From IMG/VR virus record IMGVR_UViG_3300031774_002347: a DNA stretch of 64,000 bases; one strand, given 5' to 3'. The notes under the pieces are model-generated. The model had not been told where the DNA came from. It saw nothing but the letters and a program-made list of their open reading frames with translations, and ran no database searches. Of this stretch, positions 29,492 to 39,146 are shown piece by piece; positions within the stretch are counted from its first letter, which is position 1, and each line of letters opens with the position of its first letter. The stretch comes from an uncultured virus (IMG/VR IMGVR_UViG_3300031774_002347) (Duplodnaviria > Heunggongvirae > Uroviricota > Caudoviricetes). The position numbers and the translations under genes are program-made.

Positions 29492-30268
29492 ATGGATTTA
29501 AATGCAATAAAAAAACGCCTCGGGCAGTTACAAACTACTAACAATCGAACTTCCAGTCTTTGGAAACCACAACCAGGTAAAACTCAAATTCGTATCGTAC
29601 CTTACTCATTCAATAAAGATAATCCTTTTATTGAATTATTTTTTCACTACAATCTGAGCAATCGCTCTTATTTATCACCAATTTCTTTTGGTAGACCAGA
29701 CCCTATTGAAGAGTTTGCTCAAAAACTAAAAGCAAGTGGTAATAAGGAAGATTATCAGTTATCACGCAAACTTGAAGCAAAAATGAGAACTTTTGCTCCT
29801 GTCATTGTTCGTGGTGAAGAATCACAAGGTGTGAAGTTTTGGGGATTTGGAAAGACAGTTTATCAAGAACTACTTTCAGTAATCGCAGACCCTGATTATG
29901 GTGATATTACAGACCCAGTAAATGGTCGTGATGTGGTTGTTGAGTTTATCTCTGCAGAAGAGAGTGGAGCAAGTTATCCTAAAACTAACATTCGTGTAAA
30001 ACCTAATCAAACACCAATCTCAGATGAACCTGAAGTATTGGAAAAAGTTAAAGCACAACAAGACATTACAGAGATATATCAAGAATTATCATATGATGAT
30101 ATGACAGATGTATTGAATGAATGGTTAAATCCAGATGGGGAAACTACTGAAACAACAAATTCAGAAGTATCATCAACTGAGAAAGCCGTTAAAGAAAATG
30201 TAGCTGAAATCGAAACATCTAAAGTAAGTAATACTGGTGATGCTTTTGATGAGTTGTTTAACTCGTAA
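29492..30268 (+). CDS. Single-stranded DNA-binding protein (T4 gp32-like)
   Basis: WKPQPGKTQIRIVP, FWGFGKTVY, DITDPVNGRD, acidic tail ending FDELFNS. Confidence 0.85.
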   Translation: MDLNAIKKRLGQLQTTNNRTSSLWKPQPGKTQIRIVPYSFNKDNPFIELFFHYNLSNRSYLSPISFGRPDPIEEFAQKLKASGNKEDYQLSRKLEAKMRTFAPVIVRGEESQGVKFWGFGKTVYQELLSVIADPDYGDITDPVNGRDVVVEFISAEESGASYPKTNIRVKPNQTPISDEPEVLEKVKAQQDITEIYQELSYDDMTDVLNEWLNPDGETTETTNSEVSSTEKAVKENVAEIETSKVSNTGDAFDELFNS

Positions 30269-30366
30269 ATAATAACAATATAGTGTGTGGCAACATACAA
30301 CAAAAGTAGAGATGGGTGTTATTGTATTCCCTAACTACACACTATTAATTTGATAAGGAAAAAAAT

Positions 30367-31470
30367 ATGGCATCATCAGTACACGATGTGTTGGCCGATA
30401 CATTGGCCGATAGTTTAAATAAAAAATTCAAAGATAATAAAGTAGCATACTTTCTTGATGGTACGGATAATACACCTACCGATATTAAGGATTTTATTTC
30501 TACTGGTAGTTCTATGTTAGATTTGGCTATTTCAAATAGACCAGATGGTGGAATTGCAGTTGGTAGAATTACAGAAATCAATGGATTAGAATCAAGTGGT
30601 AAATCACTACTTGGTGCTCATCTACTTGCAGAGACTCAAAAGAAAGGTGGTGTGGCAGTTTATATTGATACTGAAACATCAGTTTCTCAAGAGTTTATGT
30701 CAGTTATTGGAATTGATATGGGTAAGATGTTATACTTACACTTAGAGACAGTAGAAGATATTTTTGAAGCGATTGTAGAAATCGTAACTAAGGTTAGAGA
30801 ATCAGACAAAGATAGGTTAGTAACTATTATGGTTGATTCACTCGCCGCAGCTACTACGAAAGTAGAGTTGGAAGCAGATTTTGATAAAGATGGTTGGGCT
30901 ACTGCAAAAGCAATCATTATATCAAAAGCAATGAGAAAGATTACTCAAATGATTGGTAGACAAAAGGTTGCACTTGTGTTTACTAATCAATTAAGACAAA
31001 AACTCGGAGTAATGTTCGGAGACCCTTGGACAACAAGTGGTGGAAAAGCATTACCATTCCACGCTTCAACAAGAATTAGGTTGAAGAATATGGGACAAAT
31101 CAAAGATACAGCTAAAAATGTATTGGGTATGAAGTGTAGAGCACAGATTGTGAAAAACAGACTTGGTCCACCTTTACGACATGCAGATTATGATATGTAC
31201 TTTGATAGAGGTATCGATAACTACGGAGCTTGGTTGACTGTGTTGAAAGAACACAAGTTAGTTAAATCAGGTGGTGCGTGGTACACTCTTACAGACCAGA
31301 ATGGTAAAGACCATAAGTTTTTATCAAAGGATTGGGAAGAGTTGATTACCAGTGATGATGAGTTGAAAGACTATGTCTATGGTATCATTTGTGAAAAGGT
31401 TATATTAAAATACAAAGAAAAACTTGGTATTGATGATGTAGAGTTCACAGATGAGGTCTTAGGTGATTAA
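30367..31470 (+). CDS. recA: RecA/UvsX recombinase
   Basis: ISTGSSMLDL, Walker A GLESSGKS, YIDTE, VDSLAA, FTNQLR, TTSGGKALPFHAS. Confidence 0.92.
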   Translation: MASSVHDVLADTLADSLNKKFKDNKVAYFLDGTDNTPTDIKDFISTGSSMLDLAISNRPDGGIAVGRITEINGLESSGKSLLGAHLLAETQKKGGVAVYIDTETSVSQEFMSVIGIDMGKMLYLHLETVEDIFEAIVEIVTKVRESDKDRLVTIMVDSLAAATTKVELEADFDKDGWATAKAIIISKAMRKITQMIGRQKVALVFTNQLRQKLGVMFGDPWTTSGGKALPFHASTRIRLKNMGQIKDTAKNVLGMKCRAQIVKNRLGPPLRHADYDMYFDRGIDNYGAWLTVLKEHKLVKSGGAWYTLTDQNGKDHKFLSKDWEELITSDDELKDYVYGIICEKVILKYKEKLGIDDVEFTDEVLGD

Positions 31471-32527
31471 TCAGAAACATTTATCTATACTCGAAGAGAT
31501 TAAAAAATCTGGCGGAAAGGTAGATAGTGGAGAGCCAAATGACTCGGTTTTATTGATTGATGGTTTAAATACTTTTATTAGAGTATTTACCGCAGTACCT
31601 ACTACTAATGAGGATGGGGTTCACATTGGTGGAATAGTAGGTTTTTTAAGGTCAGTTGCATTCGCTATTAATATGGTAAGACCTACTCGAACTATCATAG
31701 TATTTGATGGTAAGGGTGGGTCTAACCGCCGTAGGAAATTATTTCCAGAGTATAAGGCAGGAAGAAAGATGTCTCTTCGTTTGAATAGAACAGATGGGAT
31801 ATCTTTAACTCGTGAACAAGAACACAAGATGATGATTGCTCAGTTAAATAGAGTAATCGAATACTTAGAACTATTACCATTGACAGTTACTACTGCAGAA
31901 AATATAGAAGCAGATGATGTGATTGGATATTCAGCAAAGCATGTTTTTAAGGAAAATGTTACTATTATGTCAACCGATAAAGATTTCTTACAATTGGTTG
32001 ATGATAGGATAAAGGTGTACTCACCTACTAAGAAAAAAATGTATGATGAAGAACGAATCTTGAAAGAGTATGGTATAAGTTCCACAAACTTTTTACTATT
32101 CAGAACTATGGATGGGGATAAATCTGATGGGATACCAGGTATCAAGGGTGCAGGAATAAAAACACTTTTAAAATTGTTTCCTTGGCTTGAATCACCACAT
32201 AAGTTCACCATAGAGGATGTTATTAAGAGTGCAGATGCTAAGAAGAAGCAATATAAATTGTGTGAAGCAATTTCTAATTCTTCAGACCAGTTACTTTTAA
32301 ATAAGAAACTTATGGATTTAGATGATATAAATATATCTGGTAGTAGTAAGTTAAAAATTCAAGAAATTTGTGGGAATCCTATACAGAGATTAGTAAAACA
32401 TAAATTCCAAAAAATGTTTTTGGAAGATAAAATGTACACTGCTTTACCAAATTTAGATAGTTGGTTACATTCAACATTTAATAGATTAAACTTTATGGCG
32501 GAGAAAACGCATGGGAAGAAAGCGTAA
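31463..32527 (+). CDS. 5'-3' exonuclease / RNase H (T4 rnh-like)
   Basis: LLIDGLN, VFDGKGG, YKAGR, IEADDVIG, STDKDFLQL, GDKSDGIPGIKGAG. Confidence 0.9.
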   Translation: MINQKHLSILEEIKKSGGKVDSGEPNDSVLLIDGLNTFIRVFTAVPTTNEDGVHIGGIVGFLRSVAFAINMVRPTRTIIVFDGKGGSNRRRKLFPEYKAGRKMSLRLNRTDGISLTREQEHKMMIAQLNRVIEYLELLPLTVTTAENIEADDVIGYSAKHVFKENVTIMSTDKDFLQLVDDRIKVYSPTKKKMYDEERILKEYGISSTNFLLFRTMDGDKSDGIPGIKGAGIKTLLKLFPWLESPHKFTIEDVIKSADAKKKQYKLCEAISNSSDQLLLNKKLMDLDDINISGSSKLKIQEICGNPIQRLVKHKFQKMFLEDKMYTALPNLDSWLHSTFNRLNFMAEKTHGKKA

Positions 32528-32699
32528 ATACTTTTCAGATAAAGAGAAACGCGATGCTCAAAAGAAATGGCAGATGGAGCATTATAAGAGGAATGCTGAA
32601 GAGATAAAAGCAAAAGCACGACAGAGATATCGTGATAAGAAAAGAAAAGAGTTTTATGATAAAAAAGTTCAAGATTTGTACTCAAATCTGGATATTTAA
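32511..32699 (+). CDS. Small basic hypothetical protein
   Basis: 62 aa, GRKRKY...HYKRNAEEIKAKARQRYR. Confidence 0.5.
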   Translation: MGRKRKYFSDKEKRDAQKKWQMEHYKRNAEEIKAKARQRYRDKKRKEFYDKKVQDLYSNLDI

Positions 32700-32711
32700 T
32701 ATAGAGTTATA

Positions 32712-34073
32712 ATGAGCGAAAATTTAGTACAATACGGAACATCGTTCCAATCAAAAATAATTACAAGTTTAATGCTTGATAATAAGTTTACAAAACAAAT
32801 TGTAGATATATTAGAAGTAAGTTACTTTGATACAGATTCTACAAAATATCTTATCAAAAATATTAAAGATTACTTTGAAAAATATAAAACACCACCAACA
32901 ATGGAGGCAATTAAAGTTATTATAGATGGGGTAGATAATCCTACATTAAAAACTACTATAGTTGATTCATTGAGAAATGCATGGGGGTATAGGGAATCTA
33001 CTGATTTAGAGTTTGTAAAAGAAAAAACATTAGAGTTTTGTAAGAATCAAGTTGTTAAGAATGCAATTATGGATAGTGTTGAGTTGTTAGAAGCTCAAAG
33101 ATATGATGAAATCAAGGGTTTGATTGATAAAGCGATGACTGCTGGTATGGAGAGAGATATCGGACACGAGTACATTACAGGTTTTGATGAAAGGATGAAT
33201 CAACAAGCAAGAGAATGTTTACCTACAGGTTGGGATAGTGTAAATGATTTGATGGATGGTGGTTTGGCAGGTGGTGAACTTGGAGTTGTAGTTGCTCCTG
33301 CTGGTATTGGTAAATCTTGGACATTACAAGCTATTGGTGCTCACGCAGTTAAACAAGGTAAGACCGTAATCCATTATACATTAGAGTTAAATGCTCAGTA
33401 TGTTGGGTTACGATATGATACAATTGTTAGTGGACAACCAACGGGTAACTTACAATATTATAAAGAAGAAGTATTAAAAGCAATAGGTAAACTTAAAGGT
33501 AATTTAATCATTAAGTATTACCCAACAAGAACTGCAAGTGTAAACACAATAACTGCACATTTACAACAATGTGAACTGCAAGGTATCAAACCTGATATGG
33601 TTATTGTGGATTATGCTGATATTATGAAATCAACATCTAACTTCACAGAGAAACGACATCAGATAGGACATGTCTATGAGGAACTTCGTGGTATGGCAGG
33701 GGAATTTGATATTCCAGTATGGACTGCATCACAAGCAAATCGTTCATCATTAGAAGAAGATGTAATTGATGCAAGTAAAGTATCAGAGGATTACTCTAAA
33801 GTTATGACTTCAGATTTTGTAATGAGTATGTCAAGAAAGGTTGAGGATAAGATAGCAAATACAGGTAGATTCCATGTCATTAAAAACAGATTTGGACCTG
33901 ATGGAATCACTTTCCCAGCAACCATCAACACAAACACAGGTTTCATACAAATATATGATACCAACACTCAAGGTGGTAAAGAAGTACAAGGTAAAATGAA
34001 TAATGCAGATGAGTATCTTCGTAAAACCTTGGCTCAAAAGAAGAAAGATTTCGATGGTGAGGGGTTTGAATAA
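32712..34073 (+). CDS. Replicative DnaB-like helicase (T4 gp41-like)
   Basis: APAGIGKS, YTLEL, IVDYADIM, WTASQANR, KNRFG. Confidence 0.92.
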   Translation: MSENLVQYGTSFQSKIITSLMLDNKFTKQIVDILEVSYFDTDSTKYLIKNIKDYFEKYKTPPTMEAIKVIIDGVDNPTLKTTIVDSLRNAWGYRESTDLEFVKEKTLEFCKNQVVKNAIMDSVELLEAQRYDEIKGLIDKAMTAGMERDIGHEYITGFDERMNQQARECLPTGWDSVNDLMDGGLAGGELGVVVAPAGIGKSWTLQAIGAHAVKQGKTVIHYTLELNAQYVGLRYDTIVSGQPTGNLQYYKEEVLKAIGKLKGNLIIKYYPTRTASVNTITAHLQQCELQGIKPDMVIVDYADIMKSTSNFTEKRHQIGHVYEELRGMAGEFDIPVWTASQANRSSLEEDVIDASKVSEDYSKVMTSDFVMSMSRKVEDKIANTGRFHVIKNRFGPDGITFPATINTNTGFIQIYDTNTQGGKEVQGKMNNADEYLRKTLAQKKKDFDGEGFE

Positions 34074-34174
34074 AACTTCAAAGAAAATCTTTTTTAAACT
34101 TCGAAAAAAATGTATATATTGCTAATATAATCAAGTATATATCATACATATAATAGGTATAATTAAATTTAAAA

Positions 34175-36211
34175 ATGGAGAGTTTCAAAATGGGAAAACA
34201 TAAGTTCAAGTTATCAGATAACTTTATAGATAAGTACAAAAGAAAGAAACCGCCTTTCGGTTTTAATGGGTTAGGTGAATTAGTTTATATGAGAACTTAT
34301 TCAAGAATTAAAGAAGATGGAAAAAATGAAAGATGGTGGGAAACTGTCCAAAGAGTTGTAGAGGGAACTTATACAATGCAAATGAATTGGATTGAATCTC
34401 ATCAATTAGGTTGGAATCCTTGGCAAGCACAAAAATCCGCACAAGATATGTATGAAAGAATCTTTACAATGAAGTTTCTTCCACCAGGTCGTGGTTTATG
34501 GGCTATGGGAACGGCAATCACAGAAGAAAAAGGTTTATATGCAGCACTAAATAATTGTGCATTCGTATCAACAAAAACAATCAAAGAAGATTATTCCAAA
34601 CCATTTTGTTTCTTGATGGATGCAAGTATGTTAGGAGTTGGTGTTGGTTTCGATACAAAGGGTGCTGGTGAGATAGATATTAAAGGTATTGATATCAAAA
34701 GAGATGAGCAGAATTTCCAAATACCAGATACTCGTGAGGGTTGGGTAGAATCACTACAACTTTTATTAGAAAGTTACTTTCACGGACAAGGGGAAGTTGT
34801 ATTTGATTATAGTTTAATCAGATTAGCAGGTGTTCCAATCAAAGGTTTTGGAGGAGTAAGTTCAGGTCCTGAACCACTAATGGAAGTACACGAGACTGTT
34901 AGAGAAACATTAGAAAAAAATAGTGGAAAACCAATAACAATAACAACCATCGTAGATATTATGAATCTAATCGGTAAGTGTGTTGTTGCGGGTAATGTGA
35001 GAAGAACTGCAGAGATTGTATTTGGTGACCCACACAATGAAGAGTATTTAGATTTAAAGAACTATAAAGTAAATCCACATAGAGAACAATATGGTTGGAC
35101 ATCTAATAATTCAATATTTGCTGAACTTGGTATGGATTATACAGAGGCATCAAAAAGAATTAATGATAATGGTGAACCTGGATTTGCGTGGTTAGAAAAT
35201 ATGAGACATTATTCTCGTATGAAAAATGGTGGAGATGATAAAGACCATAGAGTAATGGGTGGTAATCCTTGTTTGGAACAATCATTAGAATCATATGAGT
35301 TATGTTGTTTAGTGGAAACATTTCCAAGTAACCACGATTCATTAGAGGATTATCAGAGAACATTAAAATATGCTTATTTGTATGCAAAGACAGTAACATT
35401 AGGTAGAACTCATTGGAGTGATACTAATCGTGTGATGTTGAGAAATCGTAGAATTGGATGTAGTGTGAGTGGAATTGCTCAGTTCATTACTAATCGTGGT
35501 TTACACGAATTAAAGAATTGGTTAGAAGAGGGATACGATACTATACAAGAATGGGATAATATGTATTCAGATTGGTTTGCAGTACCAAAATCAATTAAAA
35601 CTACAAGTGTTAAACCAAGTGGGACAGTATCACTATTAGCAGGTTCAACACCTGGATTACATTATCCTGAATCAAGATTCTATACAAGAAGAATTAGAGT
35701 ATCGAAACATTCAGATTTGTTAGAACCATTGAAAAAGGCAGGATATAAAGTAGAACCTGCATTTGGTTCAGAGGATACCACTATGGTTGTTGAAGTTCCT
35801 GTCGATGTAGGAGAGGGAATTAGAACAGTCGGAGAATTATCCATTTGGGAACAATTCAGTTTAGCAGCATTTATGCAAAGACATTGGGCTGATAATCAAG
35901 TAAGTTGTACTGTCACATTTAATCCTGATACAGAGGGTGAAATGATACCACAAGTATTAAACTATTTTCAATATCATTTAAAGGGAATTAGTTTACTACC
36001 AAGACACGATTATGGAGCATACAAACAAATGCCGTATGAAGCAATTGATGAAAAACAATATAATAAAGATGTTAAGAAACTTGGTAAATTAAACTTTGGT
36101 GTAATCAAGGCGGAAGAAGCAAATATAGAAAAATTTTGTGATGGTGATTTTTGTGATGTAGAAATCACACCGACAACTGGTGATAATGATGACCAAGATT
36201 ACGCAAACTAA
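34175..36211 (+). CDS. nrdJ: Class II (adenosylcobalamin-dependent) ribonucleotide reductase, monomeric type
   Basis: FLPPGRGLW, LNNCAF, GNVRRTAEI, GGNPCLEQ, ELCCLVE, VKPSGTVS, C-terminal CDGDFC; true start may be 34190. Confidence 0.9.
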   Translation: MESFKMGKHKFKLSDNFIDKYKRKKPPFGFNGLGELVYMRTYSRIKEDGKNERWWETVQRVVEGTYTMQMNWIESHQLGWNPWQAQKSAQDMYERIFTMKFLPPGRGLWAMGTAITEEKGLYAALNNCAFVSTKTIKEDYSKPFCFLMDASMLGVGVGFDTKGAGEIDIKGIDIKRDEQNFQIPDTREGWVESLQLLLESYFHGQGEVVFDYSLIRLAGVPIKGFGGVSSGPEPLMEVHETVRETLEKNSGKPITITTIVDIMNLIGKCVVAGNVRRTAEIVFGDPHNEEYLDLKNYKVNPHREQYGWTSNNSIFAELGMDYTEASKRINDNGEPGFAWLENMRHYSRMKNGGDDKDHRVMGGNPCLEQSLESYELCCLVETFPSNHDSLEDYQRTLKYAYLYAKTVTLGRTHWSDTNRVMLRNRRIGCSVSGIAQFITNRGLHELKNWLEEGYDTIQEWDNMYSDWFAVPKSIKTTSVKPSGTVSLLAGSTPGLHYPESRFYTRRIRVSKHSDLLEPLKKAGYKVEPAFGSEDTTMVVEVPVDVGEGIRTVGELSIWEQFSLAAFMQRHWADNQVSCTVTFNPDTEGEMIPQVLNYFQYHLKGISLLPRHDYGAYKQMPYEAIDEKQYNKDVKKLGKLNFGVIKAEEANIEKFCDGDFCDVEITPTTGDNDDQDYAN

Positions 36212-36295
36212 ATATGTGGAAAACTTCACATACACAGGCAGTTGACACACCTGGTAAAAAATGTGTCTTAACAAAACAAACAGAGGAGACGATTT

Positions 36296-39034
36296 ATGAA
36301 TATATATCGTAAACTAATAGCATCTTTCGTATTGATGACAGGATTGTTCGCTCAATCCATCGTTGTTGATGTTAAAGATGCAGAATATAACCCTTTGGTT
36401 GGAGCAAATGTAGTGGTAGAGGGAACTGAACTCGGTGGTGTTACTAACGAGACAGGTCTTACTACAATTTCAGTAGAAGCTGGAACTTATACTATTACTG
36501 CTTCATTCATAGGATACTCATCTCAATCTAAAGAGGTTGTTGTGAGTGATAGTGAAGTAAAAGTAGATATTGCTTTGGCAGTTGATGCTCTTACTCTAAC
36601 AGATGTTGAAGTTTTGGCTTCAAGAGCTGTTGCAACAACACCTGTTGCTTATTCAATGGTTAGTAAAGAAGAAATGGAATTGAGATTAGGTTCTCAAGAT
36701 GTTCCAATGGCTTTGAATACTACACCAAGTGTATATGCAACTCAACAAGGTGGTGGTGCTGGTGATGCAAGAATCAATGTTCGTGGATTTAACCAACGAA
36801 ATGTTGCGGTAATGATTAATGGTGTTCCCCAAAATGATATGGAGAACGGATGGGTTTATTGGAGTAATTGGGATGGAGTTGCAGATGCTGCTCAATCTAT
36901 TCAGTTACAAAGAGGACTATCTGCTGTTAATTTAGCAACACCTTCTATTGGTGGAACTATGAATATCATTACAGACCCTGCTAAATATGAAAAGGGTGGT
37001 AAGTTCAAACAAGAAACAGGAGATGGTGGTTTTCTTAAAACTACTATTAACTATAATACAGGTTTAATTGGTGATAAACTTGCACTGGCTGGAACAATTG
37101 TTCGTAAGACTGGTGATGGTATCATTGATGGAAACTGGACAGATGCTTGGGCTTATTATTTTGGAAGTTCTTACGCAGTATCCGATAAACAACGATTTGA
37201 GTTGTATGCAATCGGTGCTCCACAAAGACACGGACAAAATCTATACAAACAGAATATTGCTACTTACTCACAAGAGTTAGCTGGTGATATTGACGGATAT
37301 GATACTGATGCTTTTGCAGAGGGTAACAAATTCGAAACTGAAGCTGGTAGATTCTTTAGTCAAAATTGGGCACCAGTTAGTTCCGACTACACTGGAGAAC
37401 AATATTGGTATATGTATGGAGCAAACACAACCAAAAGATACAATTCAAACTTTCTTAATGAAAGGGAGAATTTCTTCCATAAACCATTAGTGAATCTAAA
37501 TCACTTTTTAGAGATAAATGATAAAACTAAATTATCATCAGTTCTTTATTGGAGTGGTGGTTCAGGTGGTGGAACTGGTACTTATGGTAGTGTAATGAGA
37601 ACACCTGCTGTAGCAGATAATGCTTGGTATTCAAGTTCGCCTTGGATGTGGGATTGGAATGGAGAGATTGAACAGAATCGTACTAATATCGATGCTGATT
37701 ACTCTGAAACAGACAAGCGTTCCACAGGTATTCTTAGAAACTCAATCAACAGACAGGACACATACGGATTAATCTCTAAATTAAATTACAAAGTAAATGA
37801 TAATTTAGAGTTTCAGACAGGTATTGACTGGAGAACTGCTGAAATAGAACACGCTCGTGAAGTTCGTGATTTATTAGGTGGTGATTACTATGTTGATTTT
37901 GCAGATAAAAATGCACCAGATGGGAAAGTTGTTGGTTTAGGTGATATTATTGCTTATCACAACACTACTACTGTCGATTGGTTAGGTGGATTTGTTCAAG
38001 GTAACTACACGAAAGATAATCTAAATGTATATGGAATGGGTGGGGTATCATCTATTCAATACTCATATCAAGACCATTTTTCAGTAGAAAACGAGAAAAT
38101 TACTGCCGATGCTATTTCATCATTTCAAGTTAAAGGTGGAGTACACTATGAAATTATTCCAGGTGTTACTTCATTCATCAACTCAGGATATGTAGAAAAA
38201 GCACCAATTCTTGATAATGTAATTGATTATTCTGGTACGGTCTCATCCGACCCAGATAATGAGAAATTCTTATCAACAGAAGTTGGACTGGGATATGCAA
38301 ATGATAAAGTTGCAGTTAATGTTTCCGTATATAACACAGATTGGAAAGATAGAAACCTTACTCGTAATGTTGACACGGGTCAAGGTGATTCAGGTGATAC
38401 TGATGTAATCTTTTTAAGAGGTGTTAATCAGAAACATCAAGGTACAGAACTTGAAGTAAAAGTATTACCACACGATATGGTAGAACTTGATTTAATTGCT
38501 TCATTCGGTGGTTGGAAATTCGATGGTGATGCCAATGGTACTTACCAAGAATCTCAATATAACGATGACAACCAAGTAATTGGTTATCAAACTACTGAAT
38601 ATGCATATGCACTTGATGGTTTATTTGTTGGTGACCAACCACAATCATCTTATATATTGGGTGTAACACTTAAACCTATTAAGGGATTGAGATTACAAGC
38701 ACTTTACAATGTATATGATAAGAACTATGCAGATTGGAGTCCTGATTCAAGAGAAGTGGATTCTGATGGAGTTGCAGATAGAACACAAGTTTGGGAAGCT
38801 CCTGGTTACTCAAAACTTGATTTACACGCATCTTACAAACTTCCAAGTATTGGTGGTTTAGATTTGACTATTACAGGTCACATCTTTAACGCACTTGATG
38901 AAGTTTTCGTACAAGATGCCGTTGACAATAGTAAATACAATGGGTATGGTGATAAACTTCACTTAGCTCATAATTCTGAAGTATTTCTTGGAACACCAAG
39001 ATATGCAAACATAGGATTAACTATTGATTTTTAA
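36296..39034 (+). CDS. TonB-dependent outer-membrane receptor
   Basis: Signal peptide; CarboxypepD_reg-like domain (PLVGANVVVEGT..GTYTITASFIGY); plug (INVRGF..VMINGVP..IQLQRG..GGTMNIIT); barrel ending IGLTIDF. Confidence 0.92.
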   Translation: MNIYRKLIASFVLMTGLFAQSIVVDVKDAEYNPLVGANVVVEGTELGGVTNETGLTTISVEAGTYTITASFIGYSSQSKEVVVSDSEVKVDIALAVDALTLTDVEVLASRAVATTPVAYSMVSKEEMELRLGSQDVPMALNTTPSVYATQQGGGAGDARINVRGFNQRNVAVMINGVPQNDMENGWVYWSNWDGVADAAQSIQLQRGLSAVNLATPSIGGTMNIITDPAKYEKGGKFKQETGDGGFLKTTINYNTGLIGDKLALAGTIVRKTGDGIIDGNWTDAWAYYFGSSYAVSDKQRFELYAIGAPQRHGQNLYKQNIATYSQELAGDIDGYDTDAFAEGNKFETEAGRFFSQNWAPVSSDYTGEQYWYMYGANTTKRYNSNFLNERENFFHKPLVNLNHFLEINDKTKLSSVLYWSGGSGGGTGTYGSVMRTPAVADNAWYSSSPWMWDWNGEIEQNRTNIDADYSETDKRSTGILRNSINRQDTYGLISKLNYKVNDNLEFQTGIDWRTAEIEHAREVRDLLGGDYYVDFADKNAPDGKVVGLGDIIAYHNTTTVDWLGGFVQGNYTKDNLNVYGMGGVSSIQYSYQDHFSVENEKITADAISSFQVKGGVHYEIIPGVTSFINSGYVEKAPILDNVIDYSGTVSSDPDNEKFLSTEVGLGYANDKVAVNVSVYNTDWKDRNLTRNVDTGQGDSGDTDVIFLRGVNQKHQGTELEVKVLPHDMVELDLIASFGGWKFDGDANGTYQESQYNDDNQVIGYQTTEYAYALDGLFVGDQPQSSYILGVTLKPIKGLRLQALYNVYDKNYADWSPDSREVDSDGVADRTQVWEAPGYSKLDLHASYKLPSIGGLDLTITGHIFNALDEVFVQDAVDNSKYNGYGDKLHLAHNSEVFLGTPRYANIGLTIDF

Positions 39035-39044
39035 AATGGTGATT

Positions 39045-39070
39045 TGGGGGATTGAAAAATATCCCCCATT
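39045..39070 (+). terminator. Probable terminator hairpin
   Basis: TGGGGGAT-loop-ATCCCCCA after the receptor gene. Confidence 0.55.
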
Positions 39071-39084
39071 TATCAAAAAAGTAC

Positions 39085-39114
39085 TTGACAAGTATATGGT
39101 TTTAGTGTTATATT
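39085..39114 (+). promoter_or_regulatory. Sigma70-type promoter for PolB
   Basis: AAAAAAGTAC-TTGACA-N18-TATATT. Confidence 0.75.
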
Positions 39115-39146
39115 CAGATATGATAAATTCGGAGATTACAACATAA

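Noticed and set aside
36212..36295. Cobalamin riboswitch ahead of the TBDR
   Set aside because: Only 84 nt of intergenic space and no B12-box or GGGAA core recognised
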